Shown here in pieces: positions 36,361 through 48,540 of a stretch of DNA of 64,000 bases. Within the stretch, counting starts at the first letter, position 1; each line of letters begins with the position of its first letter. The notes under the pieces were generated by a model, which saw only the letters and a list, made by a program, of their open reading frames with translations, searched no databases and had not been told where the DNA came from. The translations under genes were made by a program, and so were the position numbers. The stretch is taken from assembly GCA_030390025.1 (NCBI GenBank), contig CM059432.1, forward strand, positions 40,736,001 through 40,800,000, in the 5' to 3' direction. This stretch comes from Squalus acanthias. Taxonomy: Eukaryota.

Positions 36361-38029
36361 GAACAGAAAACTGGTCCATCTAGTCTGTCCCATACATAAT
36401 CACCAACACTCCTTACCCACCAGCAGTCATGTAATCTCCTGGGAGAGGGAAAAAAACTTCTTGTGACAGCTTGTTAAACTGTTATCAGCAGCGCCACTCT
36501 CTACTGAAACTTCTGGAGGAAGACCGCACAATTTAATCTATCAGTAGTAGCGTTGGATGGAGAGATTGTGTGTGACTTACAGTTGGCCTCCATGGAACAT
36601 ACTATCGGGTTAGGGGAGAGGTTTGGTTAGATCATGAATTTTTGGCTTGTGGGGCAGCAATCCAAGAGAATATTCTATTAAAATGTTTCCAGAACATACT
36701 GTATGCAGTCTGAACTGAAAATACCATCAGCTTTATGACTGATGCATTTAATGGAAATATTAAGGAACTAATGTACGTCATAAGCATGCTTTCTATATGT
36801 GCCTGATAAATTTTATTTTACTTTCCCCAATGTTCCTTTCCTTTCCTCTCCTCCATCATTCCTCATTTGTGGGCCGAGTCAATGGCTATATAGACAGACT
36901 ATTCACCGTACAATAGCAAAATACTGCGGATGCTGGAAATCTGAAATAACAACAGAAAATGCTGTAAACACTCAGCAAGTCAGGCAGCATCAAGGAGAAA
37001 GAAACAGAGTTAAGGTTTCGGGTCAATTTCAGGACTATTCAACGTGTTGTGGGGAAGGCATCAAACTGAACCTGTTCCTGTCCTCACCTAAAATACACAC
37101 ACCAAGGTGATCCAGCAGATCACCAGAAAGCAATGAGGAGTGGGAGCCCCGGATGATACTATTCCTTCAAGAGGCCTTGAATTCAATTCTAGCACCCCTA
37201 CTGCCAACCGGCAGAGACCATCTAACTCAGTACAGACCAAGGACTATAACTGGAACCACCTTCATCTGCACAGTTTAGCACCACACCAGCTTACCCATTA
37301 AGCCATTGGGGAAGATCCAGTAAGTATCATTTTACCAAGGTTGCTAAGTTCTCAAAGTGAAACCAAATGGCATTAGGCACCATCTCCTTCCCAGGGCAGT
37401 CCCTTCCTTTTCGGCCACAAGTTTTTTTCCCAGTATGCTCTGATACTTTGTGTTGGTGGTAGTCGGGTGGAGTGATTTGCAGTTTGAAACAATGTTTAGT
37501 CTAAAAATTCAAAGTTGTTGCTAAAAGAATGTCTTGCACTTGCAAGACCATTTTTATTATCTTCTAAATATGCAGAATTCTAATAACACCAATGCATTTG
37601 ATGAATAATGCTTCATTTATATCGTAATCAATTTCAGTCACTTTCACACATTTCACATTGTATTGTATATTAATTGTTTTGGACCAATATATGTACAATA
37701 CAATTATAATACGTAAAAGATCTGTTCAAATAACTATACGCCCCTCTACTTCCCCATTCCCCTCCCCCATTCTCCTCCCCATCCTCTTCCTCTTCTTATC
37801 TACCCAGCTCCTCCTCTTCTTTTTCCCCTCTACTACTACCCCCTCCTTTCCTCTCCCATTTGTGTTCTCCCCTTTTCCCCTGCCTAGTCCAATTATCCCC
37901 CGCCCTCTAAGCCTGCTTGACCTGAATATTGTACTTGGCTTTGGCTTCCTGTGTGCATTGTCATGGGAGCTAGACTAGATATATATTAAAATTGCTGAGT
38001 GGGTCATAATATTCTAGTACAAAATAAAA

Positions 38030-38494
38030 TTAAAATAAAGACTTGCATTTATTTGGCGCCTTTTACAACCACCGGACGTCCCAAAGTGCTTTACAGCCAA
38101 TGAAGCACTTTTTTTTTTGAAGTGTAGTCACTGTTGTAATGTAGGAAACGCAGCAGCCAATTTGCACAGAGCAAGCTCCCACAAATAGCAATGTGATCTT
38201 GATCTGTTTTAGTGATGCTGATTGAAGGATAAATATTGGCCAGGACACCAGGGATAACTCCCCTACTCTTCTTCGAAATAATGCCATGGGATCTTTTACG
38301 TCCACCTGAAAGAGCAGTCGGGGCCTCGGTTTAACATCTCATCCGAAAGACAGCACCTCTGACTGTGCAGCACTCCCTCAGCACTGCACTGGAGTGTCAG
38401 CCTAGATTTTTGTGCTCAAGTCTCTGGAGTGGGAATTGAACCCACAACCTTCTGACTCAGAGGCGAGGATGCTACCAACTGAGCCACAGCTGAC
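38030..38494 (-). mobile_element. Deu-domain SINE (SacSINE1-like), full length
   Basis: Reverse complement of the 9409-9870 family including the tRNA head and L2 tail. Confidence 0.88.
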
Positions 38495-38970
38495 ACACAC
38501 ATTGAAATAGAAATAAAAAAAATCCATGATAAAAACGTCAATATTTACCTGCAGTACCTATTACGTCTTTAGGAAACACTATGTAGTTACAATAATAAAA
38601 TACTTTAATGTTAGTTCCAAACCCAATACTGGTCCAGTACTTTTTTAACTGTGAGTCAGCCTGTAGTTCTCTATGAAGCCACTGGGTGACAGTCAAGGAA
38701 TCAGTCCAGCCTAAGCACGTAGTATAATAATACTAAGTGTTTTTGAAACATTAAAAGTTAATACAGTATGTAAATGAAAATGCTAATGTTTCTATCCAGC
38801 ACCAATGAAGATCTGGGACTTTGTACACCTCTTCCCCTACAGTCCAGATAACCCAGTAACCGATACCCGACTGATGTTATTCCCACTCCTCTCACACCAG
38901 CCTCTTAAACACCTCCCACAGTAAGGAAAGGCGCAGTGAGCAAAATTAAGTCAACAAGCTCCCCCCTACC

Positions 38971-39229
38971 TAGGGTTGTTAACTCTGGTTGGATGTATTC
39001 CTGGCCTGGAGGTTTCATCACATGACCAGCCATCTCCACCTACCCCGCCCAGTCAAACAGCCTTTTTCCCTCCCATCTCCAATATTTTTCTGACGAAGAA
39101 AATGTAAAGTGCACAATTTTTTTTTAATGCCTGTCTGATTTTCTTCCTGGGTAGCTCGTACCAGTGTCCAAGACATTTATCTTTAATTCTTGCAGACTCC
39201 AGAACAATCCTGGATGTTTGGCAACCCTA
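38971..39229. mobile_element. Non-autonomous hAT-type element with perfect 8-bp TSD
   Basis: TAGGGTTGTTAAC / TTTGGCAACCCTA; CCCCTACC at 38963-38970 and 39230-39237; colinear with 27487-27756. Confidence 0.85.
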
Positions 39230-40669
39230 CCCCTACCCTGATGCCAGTAACTTGGAGCCATCCCCTATCCCCAGCTGGGAGTTTTGCTTAGTCTACAGCC
39301 CCAAATATTGAACACCGCTGCCATTGCCACTCCCCGCCCCTGCTTTCCGTCATTTGGACTCCACGGTCATCATTTTACCTCATGCATTTTCATGGTCTTG
39401 GAAATTCCATCCCTCCTCCACCCAGTCAGTCGTCCCCTCGTCCCCCACTGAGCCTTCCCCCTCCCATTTTGCTAGCCTCCCCACTCCTGAGCAACTTTGC
39501 CAGCTTTGACAGAATTCCCCCCCGCCTTCACTAAGAGAGAGTTCCATTCTCCAGTCATTTCCCCACTCAGAGTGAGTTTATTAGCACTGTCCCTCTTGCC
39601 CCCATCCCCATTTCTCATCCACCTTCCCCCTCCCCCTTAGCATTTCTACTGCCCGCTAACCTCCTGTGTCCCAACTGCAGTTTGGGGGCATGTCTTAGGA
39701 GTGTTTACAGGCTATCCCGGGAATACTGCCAAATACGCCACTGATAGGCCCAGTAGTGCCAACACCTGAAGAAATCAGGCAATTGATCCCTGAGGGTGCC
39801 ATTCTGAGGTTCCGACTGGTCAGCAGGGTGTCAGTCCCTGTGGGTGGTGCCTACTGGTATGGATGCCTAGCTCTAATATGATAAGGATACCTGGAATTTG
39901 GAATGGGATCGTGGTGGAGTCAAAGTCGTGCCCTGCCACTTTTGCCGGCTCTGTTGCACCACTGGAGTTTCTACCTTCTAAGTTAAATAGTACTGGTGAA
40001 ATTCTGGTCCAGAAATTCCACTCTTTTCTGGGGCAACATTCAAGTGGAAATTGGGGCAGAACCTGTCTCTGCTGGGCTTCTACCCCTTGATAGCAGCAAC
40101 GGCAAATTCTCTGGGTGGGGGAGAGGGATGGGGTGGGGGAGTGGGGTGGGGGAGTGGGGTGGTGGCGGGAACGCCTTCTCCCTACTTTCTCTCCATCTTG
40201 ACTGCATTTGTGGCATGTCTGTGTGAGTTCCCTGGCTCCTTCTCCAGAAATCCTTCCAGGTACATTGGCAAGGCAGTCAATGATACACAGTCCTGCAGAA
40301 AACAAGCATCTGGGCCACACATGGACTCCACGATGCCAGGTATCAGTTGCCATTAGAATAGAGGGCCCACCATCAAAGGAGTTGCACATAAGATTTTTAT
40401 TGGAGTTTTGTTCTTCTTGGAGCCTTTGACCCTCTCCCGCGGATCAGCAAGTAGCCCTCCACCATCCAGCCAGTTTCATTGGATGGGTGTCTCTGCAGTT
40501 TTGCTACTGGCACGGGTGCCCACCCCTAATATGGTAACAACCTAATTCCCAGGATTTGGGACGGGATCATGATGGGGACAGAGTGACAGACAGAAGTCCA
40601 CCATGCTATGCTTCCGGCATTGCATTGGCACCCCCAGAATTTCTAACTTCCGACTTTAAACACACAGTA

Positions 40670-41235
40670 CAGGAAACTCTTGTTTATCCGGCACCCAAAT
40701 ATCCGGAATTCTCGCTTAACCGGCAAAAATCATCCTCCGAAAACTCCTCTCAAATAACCGGCAAGGTTGCCGAGTCGCAGTCCGAGTCTCCGCGAACGCC
40801 GAGTACTCCGAAAACTCCTCTCAAATAACCGGCAATGTTGCCGATCCCGAGTCCGCGAACGCCGATTTAGTCAGCAGGGGTAGTTTTCAAAAGTGCCACT
40901 ACTCGGCCTCCTGGCGCTGTCGGAAGTCCGAAACACTGCAGTAGCAGGAGTTGATTCTCCCGCGCTGCCGGGAGTCTCACTTACTGTTAAGTAATTAAAG
41001 AGTTATGGATTACTCTCAACGGGCAGTACTGTACTTAATCAAGCATCTTCCACCATCCATTTAACACAACATTCTGTAGGTGAGTACCCAAATACTGTAT
41101 ACTGCACATTTCTTGATTTTTTTATTTTTCTTTGTTAAAAATAGCCTCGGTAGATAAAACTCTCTGTTATCCGGAACTTTCGATCAACCGGCACCACGCT
41201 GGTCCCGTCAGTGCCGGATACCAAAGAGTTTCCTG
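40670..41235. mobile_element. Tc1/mariner-pogo-type MITE related to 28271-28602, opposite orientation
   Basis: TA|CAGGAAACTCTTGTTTATCCGGCAC...GTGCCGGATACCAAAGAGTTTCCTG|TA; internal duplication of CTCCGAAAACTCCTCTCAAATAACCGGCAA. Confidence 0.88.
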
Positions 41236-42164
41236 TACAAGCAAACCCCTCATCACATTTATTTTAGAAATCACATGTATCAGGTTTTCCACAACAGTTT
41301 ATTGTGCGAAACTGCAATGTTGGCAGTCCCACAGTGTCAAAACCAAACCAAGTATTATGTGTCAGAGCTTGAAGCAAGCGTATCATTGTAGTAGTTAGCA
41401 GGAAAGTATCACTCTTTCCAAACACATAGAGGTTATACTGAATACACTACAAATCATTTAAAGATCTGCCGATGTTCTGTTGGGTACTTTTCAAGGAAAC
41501 ACATACACATATCCTGCCAAACTCAAGTTCGAAGTGTTCATTTTCTAAGAAGACACCACATTAACCACATTCATTCTGCAATAGTCAAACCTCTTTTCAT
41601 CAGAAAAAGACAAAAAGTTTGGGTTTGTTCTTGCATGGTAATTTGTAGATCTTCTGTTATTTATTGGAGAAAAGCTGGGAGTCAGTGATAGCCAACTTCT
41701 TTCTGAATATTAAATCCCTATTTTCCAAATGCCTGATGCATAATGCAGATACCGTATTATGCTGATTAATGGGCAATTTATATTTGTACTTATGGCCACT
41801 AAGGACTAGATTGAGACAACCCAAAGCTCGTTTCACAAAAAAGAGTTCTAACTGGATGAGATGGGACTTTCATCTCATTAACTGGGATGAATTTGAACCC
41901 AGACCTGAGTCAGCGCACCACCTCAGAATCCTGTATGCATCACCTCCAGACCTTAAGTATTCAAACACTCTGCTTTCTGGCCTCTTATCCTCCAAACTTC
42001 TTACACTCCAACTTGTCCAAAACTATGCAGTACACATCCTGTTCTACAAAAACTCCCACTTGCCCATTGTGCACGTTGAAACCTAGGTTTTTAATTCAGT
42101 GTTATTTTAAAGTGGATGGCAACCCTTTAATATAACAGCAATCGGAAAATCTAGGTTGAGCGCC

Positions 42165-42452
42165 AGTAAGTTATTCAACAGTGCAGACATCACAGTTGAC
42201 CATTATCCTGTCCTTATCCAATGTTCACATATTCACACCTTTCACAAGGAGTCATTGTAAAATAATTAGGAGCAGGATTTTTAGTTGATTTTTCCATCTT
42301 AACTCAAGATGCTGAAGCCATTTATGGCACCCCTATTACCACCCGAGTACAAATCTGCTAACTCAACAAAGATCAGAGATTGAACCATTTTGATCTGTTC
42401 GACTCAGTAGCACATGAAGTAATGGATTTACTCACTGAGCCTTCAGGGAGAT
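42165..42452 (-). mobile_element. AmnSINE2-like old SINE
   Basis: Diverged match to the 63213-63690 family. Confidence 0.45.
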
Positions 42453-43619
42453 CAAAAACTACATATGCTTAATTGTTAATTTGCTGATGGTAATCTTGCA
42501 GTATTACTGATTTCATCACTAATGTTAATTTATAAATACTATCCCTTTGAAATGTAAAGAAGAAATTAAGGACTCAACCCTTTTTATGAATGAAAGAAAA
42601 TGGGTTAGAGATTGACTGCCAAACATTTTATTCCGTGCAAAAAAATGTTAAGGACTTTAGACCTGTCTGTCAGTAAGCTGATCAACTGTAAATGTGTTGG
42701 TTCACAAATCAAGCTGTTGTGTTATTTAATTTCCAGCCTGAGAAATAGGAGACTTTTCTTTCCCGAACACTGAAAGGAAGCTACTGGGAAATATAGGAGG
42801 ATTACATTCAAAACATAACCGTGGGTCCTTAGTGGGCCACAGACCCAGCCTGAGTCTAAAGAAGCCCCCCATAGAACTCCACTCTCCTGCCTGTTTAGCT
42901 CCATTATATTTAGTATCATACCACAAAAGATCCCCACCCCAACAAACGTGAGTGAACGTTTTGACATTCCACCTTGAAATACTAACCACTATTTCATGAC
43001 CTTCAGCAGTTAGGGAGTTTTTAATCTCCCATATCTATTACCCACAGAACTATGATGCATACATTCATGATATTGGCAGTGGTTCCTGCTGCATGCATTT
43101 CTTTATTTAACACCATTTCTGTTCTAGTTCCACACATTACAATTTTCTATTTCAGTCAACCACAGAAGCAAGGAATTATATAACGAGTTTCCCAGAATAA
43201 TCTAGTTAGCCTCCAGTCTCCATGAATAATTAATAATGCAGTTAGGACAACAAGTGCAGGCAGACTACATTCTCTTGGAATCATGGTCCCGGATGATTAA
43301 AGCAAAATGCACTGTTTGAAATGATCAACTTACCATCACTTTACAGTCACAGCCACATTGCTTAGATTTTTACCACGCTGAGTATTTCAGTGTGCACATT
43401 AATCATGGGCTGACTGCAGGTGGTACAAGACACCCACCATTCATCAAGGCTGACAGCAGTATATTTTGTAACAGGTTACTCATAACTATATACAGCACGC
43501 TATTGCTGCTCCATTTTCCAAACAAAAGAAAAAGTCTCATATTTGGTATTGTCAATATATGTGCTAAATTGAAACACTAAGATCAGTTGGCATATGCCCT
43601 GCCCATTGTGGATTTCAAC

Positions 43620-43835
43620 CATAGTGACCAGGAAGGCCCCGGGTTCAATCTCTGCTGTTAAGTGATCTTGGCTGGGATAGCAACAGGCACACTGAAATTA
43701 GTCTCAGCAGCTTTGGAAAGGAGGGGGAAAATCAGCAAAGTTGTCCATTCCTGATAACTAACCAGTAACTCCTGCTAAAACGTGTGTATTCGGATGTTGT
43801 GTGAGGGCTGGAGTGGACGTGGCTGTGCTATCTCC
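43620..43835 (+). mobile_element. AmnSINE2-like old SINE fragment
   Basis: GACCAGGAAGGCCCCGGGTTCAATC...GAGGGGGAAAATCAGC. Confidence 0.5.
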
Positions 43836-44444
43836 CTACAGTAAAGTCCTCATGCACAGCCCAGACATTACTTGCTTTGACTTCAATGGAAAGCAAAATT
43901 GGACGGGGTGTAAAATGGGTGCCGGGCGGGTTAGGTTAAAATGATCCCCTACATGTTTGTTGTTGGGGATTGCTCCACAGCACGGGAAGGCATCTTCTTG
44001 CTGCCAAGAGTGATATCCATGTAAACCTGCGACAGGCTGTGGTTCCTTACCGTGCTGCTCCACAGCAGCAGGCCAAGTATACATGGGCTTGGATCAGGAG
44101 TGTTTGCTAGGCTAATCATAGCTCCAGGACCTCTATCCAGAAGGGTTGTCGGTTGAGATAGGACCAAAATACATACAGAAGTATTTCATTGGCTGTAAAG
44201 CGCTTTGGGACGTCCGGTGGTTGTGAAAGGCGCTATATAAATGAAGGTCTTTCTTTCTTTAGAAGTGTGCCCTAATGATCACAGTCATCTGCTAAAGTCA
44301 GGTGAAATTTTCTATGTCTGTACAAGATCTTGGTGCAGGATACGGAGTTGACCCACTCTCATTCTGCTGCAGGTCAGTCTCAGGGTTTCCTTCCGCTCTT
44401 CCCCTGAGACTCAAGTCAACACTCCCAGGATACATGTATGTTTA

Positions 44445-44683
44445 ATAACAACAGAAAACGCTGGAAAAGCTCAGCAGGCGAGGCAGCATCCGTGGAGAGA
44501 GAAACAGAGTTAACGTTTCAGGTCGAAGACCTTTCATCAGAACTGGAGACAGTTCTGATCTGTTTCATCGACCTGAAACGTTAACTCTGTTTCTCTCTCC
44601 ACGGATGCTGCTTCGCCTGCTGAGTTTTTCCAGCATTTTCTGTTGTTATTTCGGATTTCCAGCATCTGCAGTATTTTGCTATC
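44445..44683. mobile_element. Penelope-like inverted terminal-repeat dimer with 15-bp TSD
   Basis: 44445-44545 is largely the reverse complement of 44550-44650; ATACATGTATGTTTA at 44430-44444 and 44684-44698. Confidence 0.85.
44508..44544 (-). ncRNA. Minimal hammerhead ribozyme motif
   Basis: Minus strand AGTT-CTGATGA-A-AGGTC TTC GACCT-GAAAC GT T-AACT with a perfect 5-bp stem II. Confidence 0.72.
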
Positions 44684-44799
44684 ATACATGTATGTTTACC
44701 TTGCTGAAAAGGTACAGTGGCAGACAACATTTTGTAGTGTCCTGTAGGGCGGCTCTATGTTGCAAAGGACTAGCCTCAATGGAGTTGATTTGCATTGGA

Positions 44800-45597
44800 T
44801 TTTACATCATTGTCTATAGTAATGCTTCACTGAATGTCACTACAGTTTGAATAGTGCCACATCATTGAATGTTACTACAGTTGTATAGCGGTACATCATT
44901 ACCTATACTGGCCCTCACTGAATACTATTACAGTATGTATAATCCACCATTATTGAATTTTATTACACTTTGAATAGCGTCACATCTTTGAACATTATTA
45001 TAGCTTGATGGTGCCATTTTGTTGAATGTCATTACAGTTTGTACAGTACCCATCATTGAATATTAGAATAGTAGCATGTTACTGATGAGTTTCTGACCAC
45101 ATATCTGCGCCATCACCAAGACCGCCTATTTCCACCTCTGTAACATCGCCCAACTCTGCCCCTGCCTCAGCTCAGCTCTGCTGCTGAAACCCTCATCCGT
45201 GCCTTTGTTACCTCGAGACTTGACTATTCCAATGCACTCCTGGCCGGCCTCCCATCTTCCACCCTCCATAAACTTAAGCTCATCTGCTGCCCGTGTCCTA
45301 ACTCACACCAAGTCCCGTTCACCCATCACCCCTGTGCTCGCTGACCTACATTGGCTCCCGGTTAAGCAACGCCGCGATTTTAAAATTCTCATCCTTGTTT
45401 TCAAATCCCTCCATGGCCTCGCCCCTCCCTATTTTTGTAACCTGCTCCAGCCTACAATCCTACAGTCTAAATAGTGCTATTTTTCTGAATGTCATTACAG
45501 CTTGTTTAGTGCTGCAACACTGAATGTTATTACAGTTGGTATAGTGCTACGTTACTGACTATAGTGCCACATCTTTGAAGATTATTACAGTTTGTTT
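44800..45597. repeat. Degenerate ~35-37 bp tandem array, interrupted by an L2 fragment
   Basis: Recurrent TGAATGT(C/T)ATTACAGTTTG(A/T)ATAGTGCCACATC on both sides of the L2. Confidence 0.75.
45086..45460 (+). mobile_element. L2 internal fragment
   Basis: SPITPVLADLHWLPVKQR, FKSLHGLAPPY. Confidence 0.88.
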
Positions 45598-45885
45598 AAG
45601 GGAATATCATTTCAGCCAGGGAGAGACTGATATACATCTGCAGTGCAGGGGAAGGGAATCTGCGGAAAGTTTGTGATCCAGCAATTAGGGGGAAGATGAT
45701 TTTAAGCATTTTTTTCCAGTAGAACCTAGTGAGCATTTACGTTTTAAACCCTTATCTTAGTAGTTTTTAACTATTAGCACTTAGTACACACATAGGAATG
45801 ACTTAAGAGGAGAAATACATTCCTGGTGATGGTCCAGTGGCTTTGCAGTGGAACTACATGCTGACTATGTGCCATGACACCATGC

Positions 45886-46275
45886 CAGTTCACCATGGGG
45901 CATAGCCACAGGTGGGCCTGGGTGGGGCGTTGCCCGCCCAATTAGCATTCATGCCCACCCAAGTCTGAGCCTGTGTGAAGGTCACAAATGCAGCAAACAC
46001 TACGAGGAAGATTGGCCACCAAAAAGGGCAATTGGACAACGGTACAAGACGGATAACATGAGTGGACGTGGGCTGAATCTCTAAATGTACCATTGTGTTC
46101 TTCAACATTGCACCCACGGGGTGATTAAGAGGTAGCAGCATTTAAAGGAAAGTGACACATTGAATTATTCATATCTTATAATATAAATGATTTGTTGTGA
46201 TGTCAGACTTTTTGACAATGCCCAACCACTATAAATTGTGGCTCACCCAAATTTCCATTCCTAGCTACGCCACTG
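45886..46275. mobile_element. Probable hAT-type MITE
   Basis: Right end GCTACGCCACTG; degenerate left end CAGT...GGGCATAGC; CACCATGC at 45878-45885 and 46276-46283. Confidence 0.55.
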
Positions 46276-46539
46276 CACCATGCTATGACATTGTGCCAGT
46301 TCACTGTGCACCACATCGTGACAGTACTGGGATGGGGGCGAGTTACCTGACATGTCTTTTAACATTGTAAATTCTATTATATTAACACCTACAAGCGTAA
46401 CAGGTACTGCAGGTAAATGTAAACACTTCTAACATGGAAAGAATCCACAGGGGAGGCTGACATATTGGAATTTCCATTCATTTTTACCTGCCTTTCTTCT
46501 GCCAAACTCCCAGGCCACAGAAGCCGTCTTTTCTTTGTC

Positions 46540-46910
46540 AGAATTTCCATGCTTCTCTCTCGCTCAGCAACCATTTACACCTCCTCTGGACCCACCTTTT
46601 GTTTCTAATCTTGTCTCATTATCACCTCCTTTTGCCTTGCACTATCATCACTTTCGTCAATTAATCACTCCTGCCCTCCGCACTGTCACTGACCTCTCCC
46701 TTTTGTTCCTCGCCTGCCCACCTTTCCCCTGGCTCTGTACTTGCTGAAAAACTGTTAATTTCTAACATCTTCAAGTTCTGATGAGAGGTCATTGACCTGA
46801 AACGTTAACTGTTTCTCTCTCCACAGATGCTGCCTGACTTGCTGAGTATTTCCAGCGGTTTCTGTTTTTATTTTAGATTCCAGCATCCGCAGCATTTTGC
46901 TTTTGTTTTA
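46540..46910 (+). mobile_element. Penelope-like terminal repeat
   Basis: Same 3' region as 8130-8439. Confidence 0.8.
46774..46810 (+). ncRNA. Minimal hammerhead ribozyme motif
   Basis: AGTT-CTGATGA-G-AGGTC ATT GACCT-GAAAC GT T-AACT. Confidence 0.72.
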
Positions 46911-47009
46911 TTGACTGATTCTTTGATCTGTACATAGGTGGCTTGGGACTACCTCTCCAGACATGTCCAAACAAAACACCCGAATACAAAGGACTACAAA
47001 TTGCTTACC

Positions 47010-47582
47010 AATAACAACAACAACAACTTGTATTTATATAGCGCCTTTAACGTAGTAAAACATCCCAAGGCGCTTCACAGGAGCGTTATAAAACAAATTT
47101 GACATCGAGCCACATAAGGAGAAATTAGGGCAGATGACCAAAAGCTTGGTCAAAGAGATAAGTTTTAAGGAGCATCTTAAAGGAGGAAAGAGAAGTAGAG
47201 AGGCGGAGAGGTTTAGGGAGGGAATTCCAGAGCTTAGGACCTTGGCAGCTAAAGGTACGGCCACCAATGGTTGAGCAATTAAAATCAGGGATGCTCAAGA
47301 GGCCAGAATTAAAGGAGCGCAGATATCTCGGGGGAGTTGTGGGGCTGGAGGAGATTACAGAGATAGGGAGAGGTGAGGCCATGGAGGGATTTGAAAACAA
47401 GGATGAGCATTTTAAAATCGAGGTGTTGCTTAACCGGGAGTCAATGTAGGTCAGCGAGCACAGGGGTGATGGGTGAATGGGACTGGATGCGAGTTAGGAC
47501 ATGGGCAACCGAGTTTTGGACAACCTCAAGTTTATGGAGGGTAGAACGTGGGAGGCTAGCCAGGAGTACGTTGGAATAGTCA
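47010..47582 (-). mobile_element. L2 LINE 3' fragment
   Basis: GPKLWNSLPKPLR, LLKTYLFDQAF; (CAA)n tail. Confidence 0.92.
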
Positions 47583-48049
47583 ATATCAAATAGTCAATCC
47601 AATATCAAATACCAAAATCAAATGGTTAACCAATTTTTGACAATGACAAGAAAGTCTCTCATTGAAGATGTCAATTAACATCATAGAATTCTGTTGTATT
47701 GCCCTCAACACATTGCACCTTGTGCAACATCCTACAGGTTGGCCATATCTTGCCATGTAAATCTCCATTTTAAGAGGTGTCTTACTGCTAGCATTCTTCT
47801 TCTGTTCCTCTAGGAGTACAAGAGGAGGTGGTGTCAGAATCTGATGTGCAGCCTAAACCAAACATTTCCCAGCACCCTGTGTTACACATTCCCACAGTTG
47901 CAAGTACCAGCACAGATACGTTCTCACAATGGGGATCAGCTAGTCAGTTGCAGAAGGGACACTTAGCAAAGCAGAGTGCGTAGGAGAAAGTGCAAATGGA
48001 GTTGGAGGAGATGCAACCAGCTGGCTGGAGGGGAAATTTGGCCCTTGAA

Positions 48050-48540
48050 ATCACAATCCCACTGTAGATTACAGTAGGATGAAGGAATCATCACATTCAT
48101 TTGTATAATTTGTTTCCTATGGTCGCAGGACAGTTGCATAATCATACAGTGATAGCTTTTCTGTTCATAAGTGCAATGGTATTGGGAATCGGGGCATGTA
48201 TGGCAGTCAATAATGCCCTGCACTCAGGATTGTCTTTCACGCAGTAGAAGTGGAGGGCTCTTTCATTTTGCTGGCTACTTTCCAAAAGAATTCTCTGGCC
48301 CAGGCAAACATTGCATCAGTGATCTGCATGATGCAAATATGCATTGAAGGTTTGGAGATGTGACAGTGATTTCCTGCGTTTGCTTGGAAAGAGCTTGCCG
48401 TATAAAAGTTCAATTTAGTTGTTTTGTTCACAGCCATTGACGGAGTCATCGCTAGCCAAGAAATGGTTTCCAATTCCGGCTACAGGCATATGTATAGTTC
48501 AATGACAGTGTCCTAATCACAATCTCTGCATGCTCAGGAT
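48050..48540 (-). pseudogene. Decayed Harbinger transposase
   Basis: LNFYTASSFQANAG...IMQITDAMF, QGIIDC and QLSCDHRKQI align with LNFYATGSFQAAAG...IRQVTNALF, QGAIDC and QLVCDHRQLI of the intact transposase. Confidence 0.8.

Noticed and set aside
37740..37905. Hydrophobic, Pro-rich ORF segment
   Set aside because: Polypyrimidine low-complexity tract
44551..44586. Fourth hammerhead copy
   Set aside because: Core reads CTGATCT and stem II is lost
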